Shown here one piece after another: positions 1 to 8,858 of a stretch of 64,000 nt of DNA. Position 1 is the stretch's first letter. Each line of letters starts with the position of its first letter. A model generated the notes under the pieces. That model did not search any database. It was not told the origin of the DNA and saw nothing but the letters and a program-made list of their open reading frames with translations. Origin of the DNA: an uncultured delta proteobacterium (GTDB taxonomy: Bacteria > Desulfobacterota > Binatia > JACPRU01); the NCBI GenBank assembly GCA_963745025.1, contig CAVUWD010000006.1, positions 128,001 through 192,000 of the forward strand. The letters run 5' to 3'. Made by a program: the position numbers and the translations under genes.

Positions 1-2
1 GC

Positions 3-329
<327 letters not shown>

Positions 330-371
330 TCCGCCGCGGCCTTGCTCCCGTCCCGAGGGCTCGAGCGTGCC

Positions 372-512
372 ATGGAGAGTGATCACGCCGTGCACGCCGT
401 GGCGTTCCTGCAGGATCTCGCCACGGTGATGCTCGTCGCCGGCGCGGTGACGGTGCTGTTTCACCGCCTGCGCCAGCCAGTCGCGCTCGGCCATATCATT
501 CGGCGCGGTTGA
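372..512 (+). pseudogene. N-terminal fragment of a CPA2-type cation:proton antiporter
   Basis: MESDHAVHAVAFLQDLATVMLVAGAVTVLFHRLRQPVALGHII then stop after 46 aa; resembles the first TM helices of Kef/YbaL-like antiporters. Confidence 0.7.
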
Positions 513-540
513 TACGCCGCGCGTCTTGATGGTCGTCTCC

Positions 541-788
541 GTGCGCCGGTCAAAACCGGCGAGGCGCAGTGGATGAGAGTTCCATACGGTGAAACAAGGG
601 GAATCGGCTTGAGCAAAACGCGTCCCGGACTCTGTGCCGGTCGAGCGCGCCAAGTGAGCTCGAGCGGATGCGAAGGCTGCCCGGTTGGCATGTCGCCGCT
701 ATCACCCGAGGCAGGAGCCCGGTGCGGTAATCCCGCACGCCGGGATCTGTGCGGGGGGGCCGGGGGCAACCCCGGTCCCTACCGCGAC
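541..788 (+). mobile_element. ORF-less, internally deleted group II intron relic (IIB-type ends)
   Basis: Starts GTGCG at 541. Domain V GAGCCCGGTGCGGTAATCCCGCACGCCGGGATC at 715-747 with AGC triad. Domain VI hairpin has a GCAA loop, bulged A at 781 and 3' end GAC at 788. Confidence 0.85.
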
Positions 789-797
789 AGTCATGGT

Positions 798-1190
798 TCA
801 ACGAGTCGCGATCTTTCGCGTGGCCTCGCTGAGCCGCTTGCGGTGCGAACGGGCGAAGTTTCTTGGCGCCTTGCCGCAACCCTTACGGGCCACGTGACGC
901 AGCCACTCGGGATCCATATCGACAGCGTCGCACACATTCAGGAACGAAAAAGGATACGCGCGATCGTCGGAAAAAATCCAACGAGCCGCTTCGCGCCACA
1001 ACTGTTCGGGGAAGTCTACCGACACGCATCGGAGGGCATCGTCGAGGAGTGCCACCATCAACTTCCTCGGCCCTTCGGCCGGCCACACGGGTGAATCCTC
1101 AACTTGACACGGAAGCCTTGCACCCTCGGTGGAAACCGGTCTTTGCGTCATGACCTCACATTGTCCCGATAGCCACAAGTTCGACATCAT
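798..1190 (-). CDS. Hypothetical protein of the RxLMxAxLxDA...EAxxWIxSDD...FSFxNVC family
   Basis: 130-aa ORF with GGGAGG RBS; motif RKLMVALLDDALRC...EAARWIFSDDRAYPFSFLNVCDAVDMDPEWLR. Confidence 0.75.
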   Translation of the reverse strand: MMSNLWLSGQCEVMTQRPVSTEGARLPCQVEDSPVWPAEGPRKLMVALLDDALRCVSVDFPEQLWREAARWIFSDDRAYPFSFLNVCDAVDMDPEWLRHVARKGCGKAPRNFARSHRKRLSEATRKIATR

Positions 1191-1214
1191 GGGTCCCTCC
1201 CTTTCTTCGCTTCT

Positions 1215-1259
1215 ACGTTAACTGCGCGTGGTGAATCGGCAATGACGGCGGAGTGAAGA
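1215..1259 (-). promoter_or_regulatory. Pho-box-like (OmpR/PhoB-family) triple direct repeat plus -10 element
   Basis: Minus strand TCTTCAC-n4-CCGTCAT-n4-GATTCAC-n10-TAACGT, 11-bp period, upstream of ORF 798-1190. Confidence 0.45.
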
Positions 1260-1260
1260 C

Positions 1261-1524
1261 TTGAAGGGAAAACACGAAGCGGCCGAGCCCGTTCTCGAGT
1301 GCGCTCGCACGGTGCAGCACGAGCTCGGCGACTGGCACGACCGACAGGTTCTGCAGCAGCTCATGCCCGAGTCGCTCGCCCGGCCGGAGGTCCTAATCGG
1401 AGCGGTCGAAATCGTCCGAGTCGCGCTTGCAGAGCTCGAGCGCGAGCGATGCTCCTCCCCGGCCGCCGACCGCGACGCCCGATCTAGAACACGAATCCGC
1501 TCTCGTCTTTTCACCAAGGCATAA
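1261..1524 (+). pseudogene. C-terminal fragment of a CHAD-domain (polyphosphate-binding) protein
   Basis: RTVQHELGDWHDRQVL matches the CHAD LQxxLGxxHD motif; only 87 codons and a weak TTG start. Confidence 0.6.
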
Positions 1525-1615
1525 CGCGCTGATCGCCTGACCGAAACAGACGCCGTGCATCATTCGAGGCGTGAGGACGCGGCAAGCCGCTGATTCCTCG
1601 GGGAGGTCAGGGCGG

Positions 1616-2623
1616 ATGACGGAGCTCAGGGATCACGGCGCCTTCGAGCCATCACCCGGTGTCACGTCCGAGCCGATCGCCCCGCCCGCCGATGGCGGCG
1701 AACTCGCAGGCGAGGTTCGGAAGCTTCCCGCTGCGGCCGTGCTGGCGCGGACCGGCCCGCTCGTCGCGTTCTCGGCCGAGGCCGATGCGATCCCTCACTT
1801 GCTCTACGAGATTGGGCGACTTCGCGAGCTGACGTTCCGCGCGGTCGGCGAGGGGACGGGAAAGCGGATCGACCTCGACTGGTTCGATTCGCATTATCTT
1901 CACCTCGTGCTCTGGAACGCGGAGCGGAGCGAGGTAGTCGGGTCGTACCGTTGCGGCGCCACCGATGCGATCGTGCCACGCTTCGGGGTCGATGGCCTCT
2001 ACACCTCGACGCTTTTCGCGTACGAGGAGCCGCTCATCGCCCGGCTCGTTCCGGGGCTGGAGCTCGGCCGGTCCTTCGTGCGGCCGGAGTACCAGAGAAC
2101 GTACTCCGCGCTTTTCCTTCTCTGGCGGGGAATCGGAGAGTTCGTCGCGCGCAATCCTCGCTACAAGCTTCTCTTCGGGGCCGTCAGCGTCAGCAACGAA
2201 TTTCGCGCACATACCCAGCGGCGCATCGTCGAGTTCCTGCGCGAGGTGAGCTCGCTGCCGGCGCTGGCAAGGTTCGTGAAGTCACGTAGCCCGCTCGGGC
2301 CGAGCTTTGCGTCGTCCCGCCGGGCTCATTTCGAGCCGTCGCGTGATCTCGGTTTGCTCGAGAGAGAGGTCCGCGAGCTCGAGCGCGGGGAGCGAAGCCT
2401 GCCGGTTCTGCTGAAACAGTACCTCAAGCTCGGCGGCCGCGTGCTCGGCTTCGCCCGGGACCCGGACTTTCGCGACAGCCTCGACGCGCTAGTGCTCGTC
2501 GATCTCTCGATCGCACCGTTGGGCGCGCTCACCCGGTACATGGGCGAAGAAGGACTCCGCGCATTCCTCGAGTATCACCGTCCGAGCCACACGCGACGGG
2601 ACGAATGCTGGCCGTCGCGATGA
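1616..2623 (+). CDS. GNAT-family N-acyltransferase (OlsB / OlsF C-terminal domain type, N-acyl amino acid synthase)
   Basis: EIGRLRELTFRAVGEGTG..DLDWFD..Y.HL, LELGRSFV, LPVLLKQYLKLGG..DPDF motifs; GGGAGG RBS before ATG 1616. Confidence 0.85.
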   Translation: MTELRDHGAFEPSPGVTSEPIAPPADGGELAGEVRKLPAAAVLARTGPLVAFSAEADAIPHLLYEIGRLRELTFRAVGEGTGKRIDLDWFDSHYLHLVLWNAERSEVVGSYRCGATDAIVPRFGVDGLYTSTLFAYEEPLIARLVPGLELGRSFVRPEYQRTYSALFLLWRGIGEFVARNPRYKLLFGAVSVSNEFRAHTQRRIVEFLREVSSLPALARFVKSRSPLGPSFASSRRAHFEPSRDLGLLEREVRELERGERSLPVLLKQYLKLGGRVLGFARDPDFRDSLDALVLVDLSIAPLGALTRYMGEEGLRAFLEYHRPSHTRRDECWPSR

Positions 2624-3789
2624 GAGCAAAGGACGTTGCTCGGCGGCGAATCGCCGAAGCCGCCGATTCACTCGTGGAGCTCAGCCATCGGATCCACGCC
2701 AACCCGGAGGTCGGCTTCGAGGAGGTGCAGGCTTCCGCATGGCTCGCTCGGGAGCTCGAGCGAGGCGGATTCGACGTCGACCTCGGCGTCTTCGAGCTGC
2801 CAACCGCCCTGATCGCGCGTACCGGGCGCGGGGCGCTCGAGCTCGCGATTTGTGCCGAATACGATGCCCTTCCCGAGATCGGCCATGCCTGCGGCCACAA
2901 TCTGATCGCGGCCATCGCGCTCGGCGCTGGGCTCGGTCTTCGCGAGCTCGTCGACGACCTCGGCATCACGTTGACGATCATCGGCACGCCGGCCGAAGAG
3001 TTCGGCAACGGCAAGGCACTCCTACTCGAGCGCGGAGGCTTCGACGACGTCGATGCGGCTCTCATGGTTCATCCCGCACCGGTCGACGTCGCCGAGCCGC
3101 CGCTGCTCGCCTTCGCGCAGTTCGACGTCGAGTATTCGGGCGAGTCCGCCGATGCGTTCGGAGCGCCCGAGCTAGGCGTCGACGCCGCCGCGGCGTTGAC
3201 GATCGCGCAGGTCGCGATCGGGCTCCTGCGACCCCGCCTCCAAGCGACCGATCGGGTGCACGGCATCCTCACCCGCGCGGGCACCACGCCGGAACGGATC
3301 ACCGATCGGGCTCACGGCACCTACATGGTCCGAGCGAGGAACCTCGCGAACCTCGTCGTGCTGGAATCGTGCGTCCGGCGCTGCTTCGAAGCCGGCGCGC
3401 TCGCCGCGGGTGCACGTCTGCGCCTCTGCGAGCCCCACGAACCGTATGCCGAGATGCGGCACGATCACGAGCTCTCCGAGCTCTATCGACGAAACGCCGA
3501 AGCGCTCGGCCGCCAGTTTCCGGACCTCGGAGATCTACTCGAACGGGGAACCGGATCGACGGACATGGGCAACGTGTCGCAGGTCTTGCCTGCGATCCAT
3601 CCGGCGATCGGCATCGATTCGCTCCCGGCCGCGAATCATCAGCCCGAATTCACTGCGCACTGCGTGAGCCCGGCCGCCGATCGCGCCATTCTCGATGGAG
3701 CCGCGGCCCTAGCCGGTACGGTGATCGACATCGGGGGCGACGAAGCGCTGCGTGCTCGTCTTCGCGCTCGGGGGAAACGTCGACCATGA
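2620..3789 (+). CDS. M20D amidohydrolase (Acy1L2/PM20D2/HmrA-like)
   Basis: IHANPEVGFEE, AEYDALPEIGHACGHNLI, GTPAEE and GSTDMGNVS motifs; ATGA overlap with upstream gene. Confidence 0.9.
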   Translation: MRAKDVARRRIAEAADSLVELSHRIHANPEVGFEEVQASAWLARELERGGFDVDLGVFELPTALIARTGRGALELAICAEYDALPEIGHACGHNLIAAIALGAGLGLRELVDDLGITLTIIGTPAEEFGNGKALLLERGGFDDVDAALMVHPAPVDVAEPPLLAFAQFDVEYSGESADAFGAPELGVDAAAALTIAQVAIGLLRPRLQATDRVHGILTRAGTTPERITDRAHGTYMVRARNLANLVVLESCVRRCFEAGALAAGARLRLCEPHEPYAEMRHDHELSELYRRNAEALGRQFPDLGDLLERGTGSTDMGNVSQVLPAIHPAIGIDSLPAANHQPEFTAHCVSPAADRAILDGAAALAGTVIDIGGDEALRARLRARGKRRP

Positions 3790-4026
3790 CGGGGCGTGAA
3801 GCGGTGGGCGAGACGGTGGCCGTGGCCGAGCCCAGGCTGTTCTTCTTCCGCAAGTTTCTCCGCGAAGGCCGTCGCGTCGCGAGCTTCGCGCCCTCGAGCC
3901 GTAGCCTCCCACGCGCCGCGCCCCGGGGCGGCCGCCGCGAAGCGCCGGGGTTCGATGGTCGTGCGCAGCCCGAGGATCGGCCGCCGACACCGAGCGCGAG
4001 CGAGCACGCGCACGTCGCCATCATGA
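3786..4026 (+). pseudogene. Internally deleted lipid N-methyltransferase (OlsG/PmtA-type) remnant
   Basis: ATG 3786 overlaps the M20 stop. FFFRKFLREGRRVASFAPSSRSL is the PmtA/OlsG N-terminal motif. No SAM-binding core follows; another frame stops at 4026 in an ATGA overlap with the next gene. Confidence 0.6.
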
Positions 4027-4877
4027 AGATTCGCGCCACCGTACGCCTTCTCCTCTTGGCCGTGCTGGTCACGGCCGGCAATGTCTTCGCGAGGATTCGC
4101 CTCGCTCGCTCGGGCGCCCCGCACGCTCGCGCGCGCGAGATCTTCCACCACCTCTCGGGCGCGCTCGTGCGTCTCCTCGGCCTCCGCGTCGAGCGCAGCG
4201 GCAGGCTCCCACGCGGCCTCTGCGTCGTCGTCGCCAATCACCGCTCGTACGTCGACATCCCGCTGATGATGTCACAGACGCCCTCGACGTTTCTCGCCAA
4301 GTCGGAGCTCGCGCGCTGGCCGCTCTTCGGCGCCGCCGCTCGCCTCTGCGGCACCGTGTTCGTCGAACGCGACGACCGCGGGTCGCGCAAACGGGCGCTC
4401 GAGCACCTCGGCGGCCTGCTCGACGGCGGCGAGCGCATCATCGTCTTTCCCGAAGGAACTACGTCGACCGGCCCGGGCTGCCTCCCGTTTCGCCCCGGGG
4501 TGTTTCGTCTGGCCGCCGCGAAGGGCATCGCGGTCGTGCCGGTCGCCATCGCCTATCACGACGCACGCGATGCGTGGGTCGACGATGCGAGCTTCGTCGA
4601 CCATTTTCTCGAGCGTTTCGACGAGCGCCGGATGCGCGTCGTCGTCGCCATCGGGCCGCCGCTCTTCGCAGACGACGCCGAAGCCTTGAAGCAGGCCGCC
4701 GAGCAATGGATCTCGGAGCGCCTAATGATCCACGACCAGGTGATGGGCCTCCGCCGAGCCCGAGCCGAGCGTCTGCGCCTCGCTCGCGTCCGCGAGTCTG
4801 CCGTAGGCACACCCCCTCTGCTGCAATTTTCTTCCCCGACAGGCAGAATGGTGCCGGATTCGATTCCGCCACCATGA
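4023..4877 (+). CDS. PlsC/OlsA-type lysolipid acyltransferase
   Basis: NHRSYVD (HxxxxD), FLAKSE, FVER and FPEGT motifs; ATGA overlap with ppx. Confidence 0.85.
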   Translation: MKIRATVRLLLLAVLVTAGNVFARIRLARSGAPHARAREIFHHLSGALVRLLGLRVERSGRLPRGLCVVVANHRSYVDIPLMMSQTPSTFLAKSELARWPLFGAAARLCGTVFVERDDRGSRKRALEHLGGLLDGGERIIVFPEGTTSTGPGCLPFRPGVFRLAAAKGIAVVPVAIAYHDARDAWVDDASFVDHFLERFDERRMRVVVAIGPPLFADDAEALKQAAEQWISERLMIHDQVMGLRRARAERLRLARVRESAVGTPPLLQFSSPTGRMVPDSIPPP

Positions 4878-6430
4878 AGATCGCCGCGATCGACATCGGC
4901 TCGAACTCGATTCACATGGTGATCGCCCGTGTCGGGCGCACGCGCTTCGAGATCGTCGATCGCGCGAAGGAGATGGTCGGGCTCGGGCGCTCGACGCTCA
5001 GCACCGGGCGGCTCTCGCCGGCCGCAATCGACGTCGGCTTCCGGACGCTCGAGACCTTCAAGCGCCTCGCCGAGAAGCACGGCGCCGATCCGATCCTCGC
5101 CGTGGCGACGAGCGCGGTGCGAGAGGCCAAGAACGGCGGCGAGTTCGCGCTCCGCGTCTGGGACCGCCTCGGGCTCCACGTCGACGTGATCACCGGCGCC
5201 GAGGAAGCGCGGCTGATCTTCCTCGCCGCGGCGCACGCGGTCGACTTTCGCCGCCAGCGGCCGATCGTCATCGACATCGGCGGCGGTAGCGTCGAGATCA
5301 TCGCGGGCCAAGGCGCGCAGATCCGTTGGATCGAGAGCCTGAAGCTCGGCGTGGTGCGCTTGACCGAGCGCTTTCTGAGCGCCGATCCTCCCGAACCACG
5401 GGAGATCGCCGCGCTTCGCGCTCATATCGACCGCATGCTGGCTCCCGTGTTTCGGCGCGCACGAAGGTTCCGGCCGTCGCTCCTCGTCGGCACCTCCGGC
5501 ACGCTTCTGAATCTCACCGCCATGGCGGCCTCGCTCGAGACCGGCAAGGCGCCGGCGCGCATCCACAACCGCACGCTTCGCCTCCGGCGGCTCGCCGCCG
5601 TCCGCGAGCAGGTTCTCGCGTGCGACGCCGACGAGCGCTCCGAGCTCGCCGGCCTCGACCGCCGCCGCGTCGATTTGATCCCCGCCGGCGCGGTGCTGGC
5701 GGAGAGGTTGATCGAGGGCTTCGGTCTGGACGAGCTCCGTGCGTGCGACTGGGCGCTGCGCGAAGGCATTCTTCTCGACTTCATCGCCAGCCATGCCGAC
5801 GAGGTGGCCGCCACCGACCGGGTTCCGGACCTCCGGCGCCGGAGCGTTCTTCAGCTCGCCGAGCGCCTCCGCTCCGATGCGGCGCATGGACGACACGTCG
5901 CCGCTCTCGCGCTCAAGCTCTTCGACTCGATCCGCAGCCTGCACCGCCTCGGGCGCCGCGAACGCGAGCTCCTCGAGTTCGCCGCGTTACTCCACGACGT
6001 CGGCCTCTACGTGAGTCACAGCAAGCACCACCGCCATTCGCAGTATCTGATCACCCACGGGGAGCTTCGCGGCTTCGCGCCCGAGGAGATTGCCGTAGTC
6101 GCGGCGATCGCCCGATTCCACAAGGGGGCGCCGCCGAAGCCGTCGCATGAAGAGCTGACCGAGCTCTCGCCCGAGGCCCGGCGGCTGGTGATCCAGCTGA
6201 CGGCGATACTCCGTGTCGCCGACAGCTTCGACCGCAGTCACCACGGCGTCGTTCGCGACCTGAGCGTCGCGCGAAGGAACGGCCGGCTGCGCATCCGACT
6301 CGATACGGCCGGTCGCGACGCGGCCCTCGAGCTCTGGGGAGCCGAGCGCAAGTCCGATCTCTGGGAGAAGTGCTTCGGCGTCGACCTCGAGTTCGAGTTG
6401 GACCGCGAGCGAAAGGAGTCGCTGCGCTGA
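4874..6430 (+). CDS. ppx: Ppx/GppA exopolyphosphatase with C-terminal HD domain
   Basis: IDIGSNSIH, ATSAVREA.NG, DIGGGSVE, LREG and LLHDVG...KHHRHSQYLI motifs. Confidence 0.92.
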   Translation: MKIAAIDIGSNSIHMVIARVGRTRFEIVDRAKEMVGLGRSTLSTGRLSPAAIDVGFRTLETFKRLAEKHGADPILAVATSAVREAKNGGEFALRVWDRLGLHVDVITGAEEARLIFLAAAHAVDFRRQRPIVIDIGGGSVEIIAGQGAQIRWIESLKLGVVRLTERFLSADPPEPREIAALRAHIDRMLAPVFRRARRFRPSLLVGTSGTLLNLTAMAASLETGKAPARIHNRTLRLRRLAAVREQVLACDADERSELAGLDRRRVDLIPAGAVLAERLIEGFGLDELRACDWALREGILLDFIASHADEVAATDRVPDLRRRSVLQLAERLRSDAAHGRHVAALALKLFDSIRSLHRLGRRERELLEFAALLHDVGLYVSHSKHHRHSQYLITHGELRGFAPEEIAVVAAIARFHKGAPPKPSHEELTELSPEARRLVIQLTAILRVADSFDRSHHGVVRDLSVARRNGRLRIRLDTAGRDAALELWGAERKSDLWEKCFGVDLEFELDRERKESLR

Positions 6431-6835
6431 GCCGGCGGCGCGCCGAAGCTCGAGCCCACACTGCCCGCAAGAAGCTGCGGCGAGGTCAGCGCGGCGCGCG
6501 GCCGCGGCAAATCGGCCCACGCGAAGCGCGAGCGGCTCGAGTTCTCGCCGGCCGCGGCAGGCGTCGGCAGGGCACGGCCGCGCCGAGCGGCGCACCGCGT
6601 CGAGATCGAGCCCGTCTCGACCGGGAGCTCGCACCTCGCCCGGACGCAGCTTGACCGCATCCACCCGCGCTCGCCTGGCCGGAGCGACTGCGACGGCCCG
6701 GGAAGTGTCGAGATAGATGGTCTCGAGATCGCGAACGCCGACCGGGCGGACATGGTACCGCCCCAAGCGCTTGCGTCGCACGAGCGAGTCGAAAATCGCT
6801 CGACTCGGCGCTTCGAGCTTGGCCTCGACTTCCAT
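6431..6835 (-). pseudogene. Degraded CYTH-domain (triphosphate tunnel metalloenzyme) gene; 3' limit uncertain
   Basis: MEVEAKL (ExExK) ... LETIYLDT, after which similarity is lost; frame runs antisense into ppx. Confidence 0.55.
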
Positions 6836-6904
6836 CCTCGCAGTTGGCCCGGCAGAAGACTTCGTGGCTCAATACGGGCTAGAAGGGGCAGAAGGATCTC
6901 TACC

Positions 6905-7405
6905 ATGGAACTTTATCTCGTTCGCCATGCAATCGCCGAGGAATCGTCGTCGACGGGGCGAGACGCCGATCGCGCTCTCACCAGAGACGGCGAGGCGAAG
7001 ATGCGGCGTATCGCGGAGGGCCTGCGCGCGATCGAGGTGCGGCTCGATCTCATCCTCACCAGCCCGTACCGCCGCGCGGCCGAGACGGCAGACGTCCTCG
7101 CAACGGTGCTCGGCGGCGTGGAACGGCAGGTGCTCGAGGAGCTGGCAGCCGCCGCGAGCATGGCCGGGCTCCTCGCCGCGCTTCGGCCGTACCGGCAGGT
7201 CGAGGCGCTCGCCCTGGTTGGTCATCAACCGGACCTCGGGCATCTCGCCTCGCAGATCATGACCGGCGCGCCCGATCTCTGCCCGCTGCCGTTCAAGAAA
7301 GGCTCCGTGGCCTGCCTCGAGATCGCTTCCCAGCGCGGCAACCTGCGCGGAGAGCTCGCCTGGTTCATGACCCCCAAGCAGCTCCGCGCGCTGAGCGAAA
7401 CCTGA
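6905..7405 (+). CDS. sixA: Phosphohistidine phosphatase SixA
   Basis: MELYLVRHAIA, DRALT..G, TSPYRRA.ETA, LVGHQPDL and FKKGSVA motifs. Confidence 0.9.
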   Translation: MELYLVRHAIAEESSSTGRDADRALTRDGEAKMRRIAEGLRAIEVRLDLILTSPYRRAAETADVLATVLGGVERQVLEELAAAASMAGLLAALRPYRQVEALALVGHQPDLGHLASQIMTGAPDLCPLPFKKGSVACLEIASQRGNLRGELAWFMTPKQLRALSET

Positions 7406-7411
7406 CCCCTG

Positions 7412-7468
7412 AAAAGCGGAGCCGATCCCTCTTCTCGAGCCAACGAAGAGGGACCCGGTCTCTTTTTG
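7412..7468. terminator. Probable bidirectional intrinsic terminator
   Basis: TCCCTCTTC/GAAGAGGGA stem flanked by AAAA and TTTTT between convergent sixA and NUDIX genes. Confidence 0.55.
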
Positions 7469-7470
7469 GG

Positions 7471-8067
7471 TCAGCCGCGGCTGACGACGCCCAGAAAGCT
7501 CTGAATCATGCGGAAGGTCAGCCCCCAGATCGTGCGGTCCCGGTAGATGTACGCCGGCAAGCGCATCGGCTGGCCGTTGATGAAGTACTCGACGATCGAC
7601 TCGTTGGCGGAATCCGCCAGAAACTCGAGCGGAACCCAGAGAACACTCTGGACCTCGTGGTTCGGCCGCGCCTCGACCGGTTCCTCCAGCGCGAATACAA
7701 ACGGGCTGATCACCAGCGGGAGCTGGTGACCGCGCGCGACGCCTTGAACCTCGTCGATCGGACCGATCAGCCGGCCGTGATGGCGCAGATCGATCCCGAC
7801 CTCCTCGTGAACTTCGCGCAACACCGTCTGGAGCACGTCCGGGTCGTCGGGGTCCTTGCGGCCGCCGGGAAAGCCCATGTGTCCCGACCAGGGATCCGCC
7901 TCGTGCTCGGCGCGATGGATGAAGAAGAGATGGACGTCGTCGGCTCTGGGCTCGAGAACCAGGGCCACCGCGGCGCGCGACGGCTCGCCATCGAGCGAGA
8001 CCCGCTGCGCACGGTGGCCGCGCAGCGCGCGCTCGAGTTCCTCGAGCTTCTTTCGCGAAGCTTCCAT
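7471..8067 (-). CDS. NUDIX hydrolase, CoA pyrophosphatase (NudL-like)
   Basis: RAAV, DPWSGHMGFPGGR, REVHEEVGI Nudix box, IWGLT. Confidence 0.88.
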   Translation of the reverse strand: MEASRKKLEELERALRGHRAQRVSLDGEPSRAAVALVLEPRADDVHLFFIHRAEHEADPWSGHMGFPGGRKDPDDPDVLQTVLREVHEEVGIDLRHHGRLIGPIDEVQGVARGHQLPLVISPFVFALEEPVEARPNHEVQSVLWVPLEFLADSANESIVEYFINGQPMRLPAYIYRDRTIWGLTFRMIQSFLGVVSRG

Positions 8068-8153
8068 CCACGGCAATCTTGCCACCGCGCGCGCGGGGAT
8101 ACTACTGGCTGTCGCGTTGCGAGCCGCCGAGAGCCGCGTAAGTCTCCGGACGC

Positions 8154-8762
8154 TCAGAGCTGGGCCGCGGCCTTTGCGAACGCCCGGAGCAGCTCGTCGT
8201 AGGTTCTCGTCACGGGAAACTGCGGGAAGTCTCGTACGACGTTGTCGGGCGGTCGGAAGAGTATTCCCGAATCTGCCGCGGCGAGCATGCCCGTATCGTT
8301 GTACGAGTCGCCCGCGGCGATCACCCGAAACGCGAGGCTGTGCAGTGCCTCGACCGCTTTCCGCTTGCCGTCCTTTTGGCGCAAACGGTAGCCGGTAATT
8401 CGACCCGCACGGTCGATCTCGAGCGTGTTGCAAAACAGCGTTGGCCAGCCGAGCTTGCGCATCAGCGGCTGGGAGAACTGGTCGAAGGTGTCGGAAAGAA
8501 CGATGACCGAACAGGATTCCCGGAGCCCATCGAGAAACGCCGACGCACCTTCGAGGGGTTCCATCGTCCCGATCACCTGCTGGATGTCGGCGAGCTTCAA
8601 GCCGTGGCGATCGAGGATCTCGATCCGCCCGCGCATGAGCTTGTCGTAATCCGGCTCGTCGCGCGTCGTGCGCTGGAGCGCTTCTATCCCGGTGCTGATC
8701 GCCACGTTGATCCAAATTTCAGGGACCAGCACTCCTTCGAGATCGAGGCAGGCGATGTGCAC
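8154..8762 (-). CDS. thrH: Phosphoserine phosphatase / homoserine phosphotransferase
   Basis: [37 protein letters not shown]. Confidence 0.92.
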   Translation of the reverse strand: MHIACLDLEGVLVPEIWINVAISTGIEALQRTTRDEPDYDKLMRGRIEILDRHGLKLADIQQVIGTMEPLEGASAFLDGLRESCSVIVLSDTFDQFSQPLMRKLGWPTLFCNTLEIDRAGRITGYRLRQKDGKRKAVEALHSLAFRVIAAGDSYNDTGMLAAADSGILFRPPDNVVRDFPQFPVTRTYDELLRAFAKAAAQL

Positions 8763-8858
8763 GGGATGGACCCTATTTCATGTTGCCGGAGGCGCGCAAA
8801 GCCACGCAATGCCAGGATGCTTGTGAATGTCCCCTGACGACGGCTAGGCTCCGAATCG

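Noticed and set aside
573-1094. 173-aa plus-strand ORF starting MRVPYGE
   Set aside because: Reads through group II intron RNA sequence and antisense to ORF 798-1190; not protein-like
2739-4877. 712-aa ORF as one fusion protein
   Set aside because: The first ~350 codons are an Arg-rich alternate frame of the M20 gene; real starts are 3786/4023
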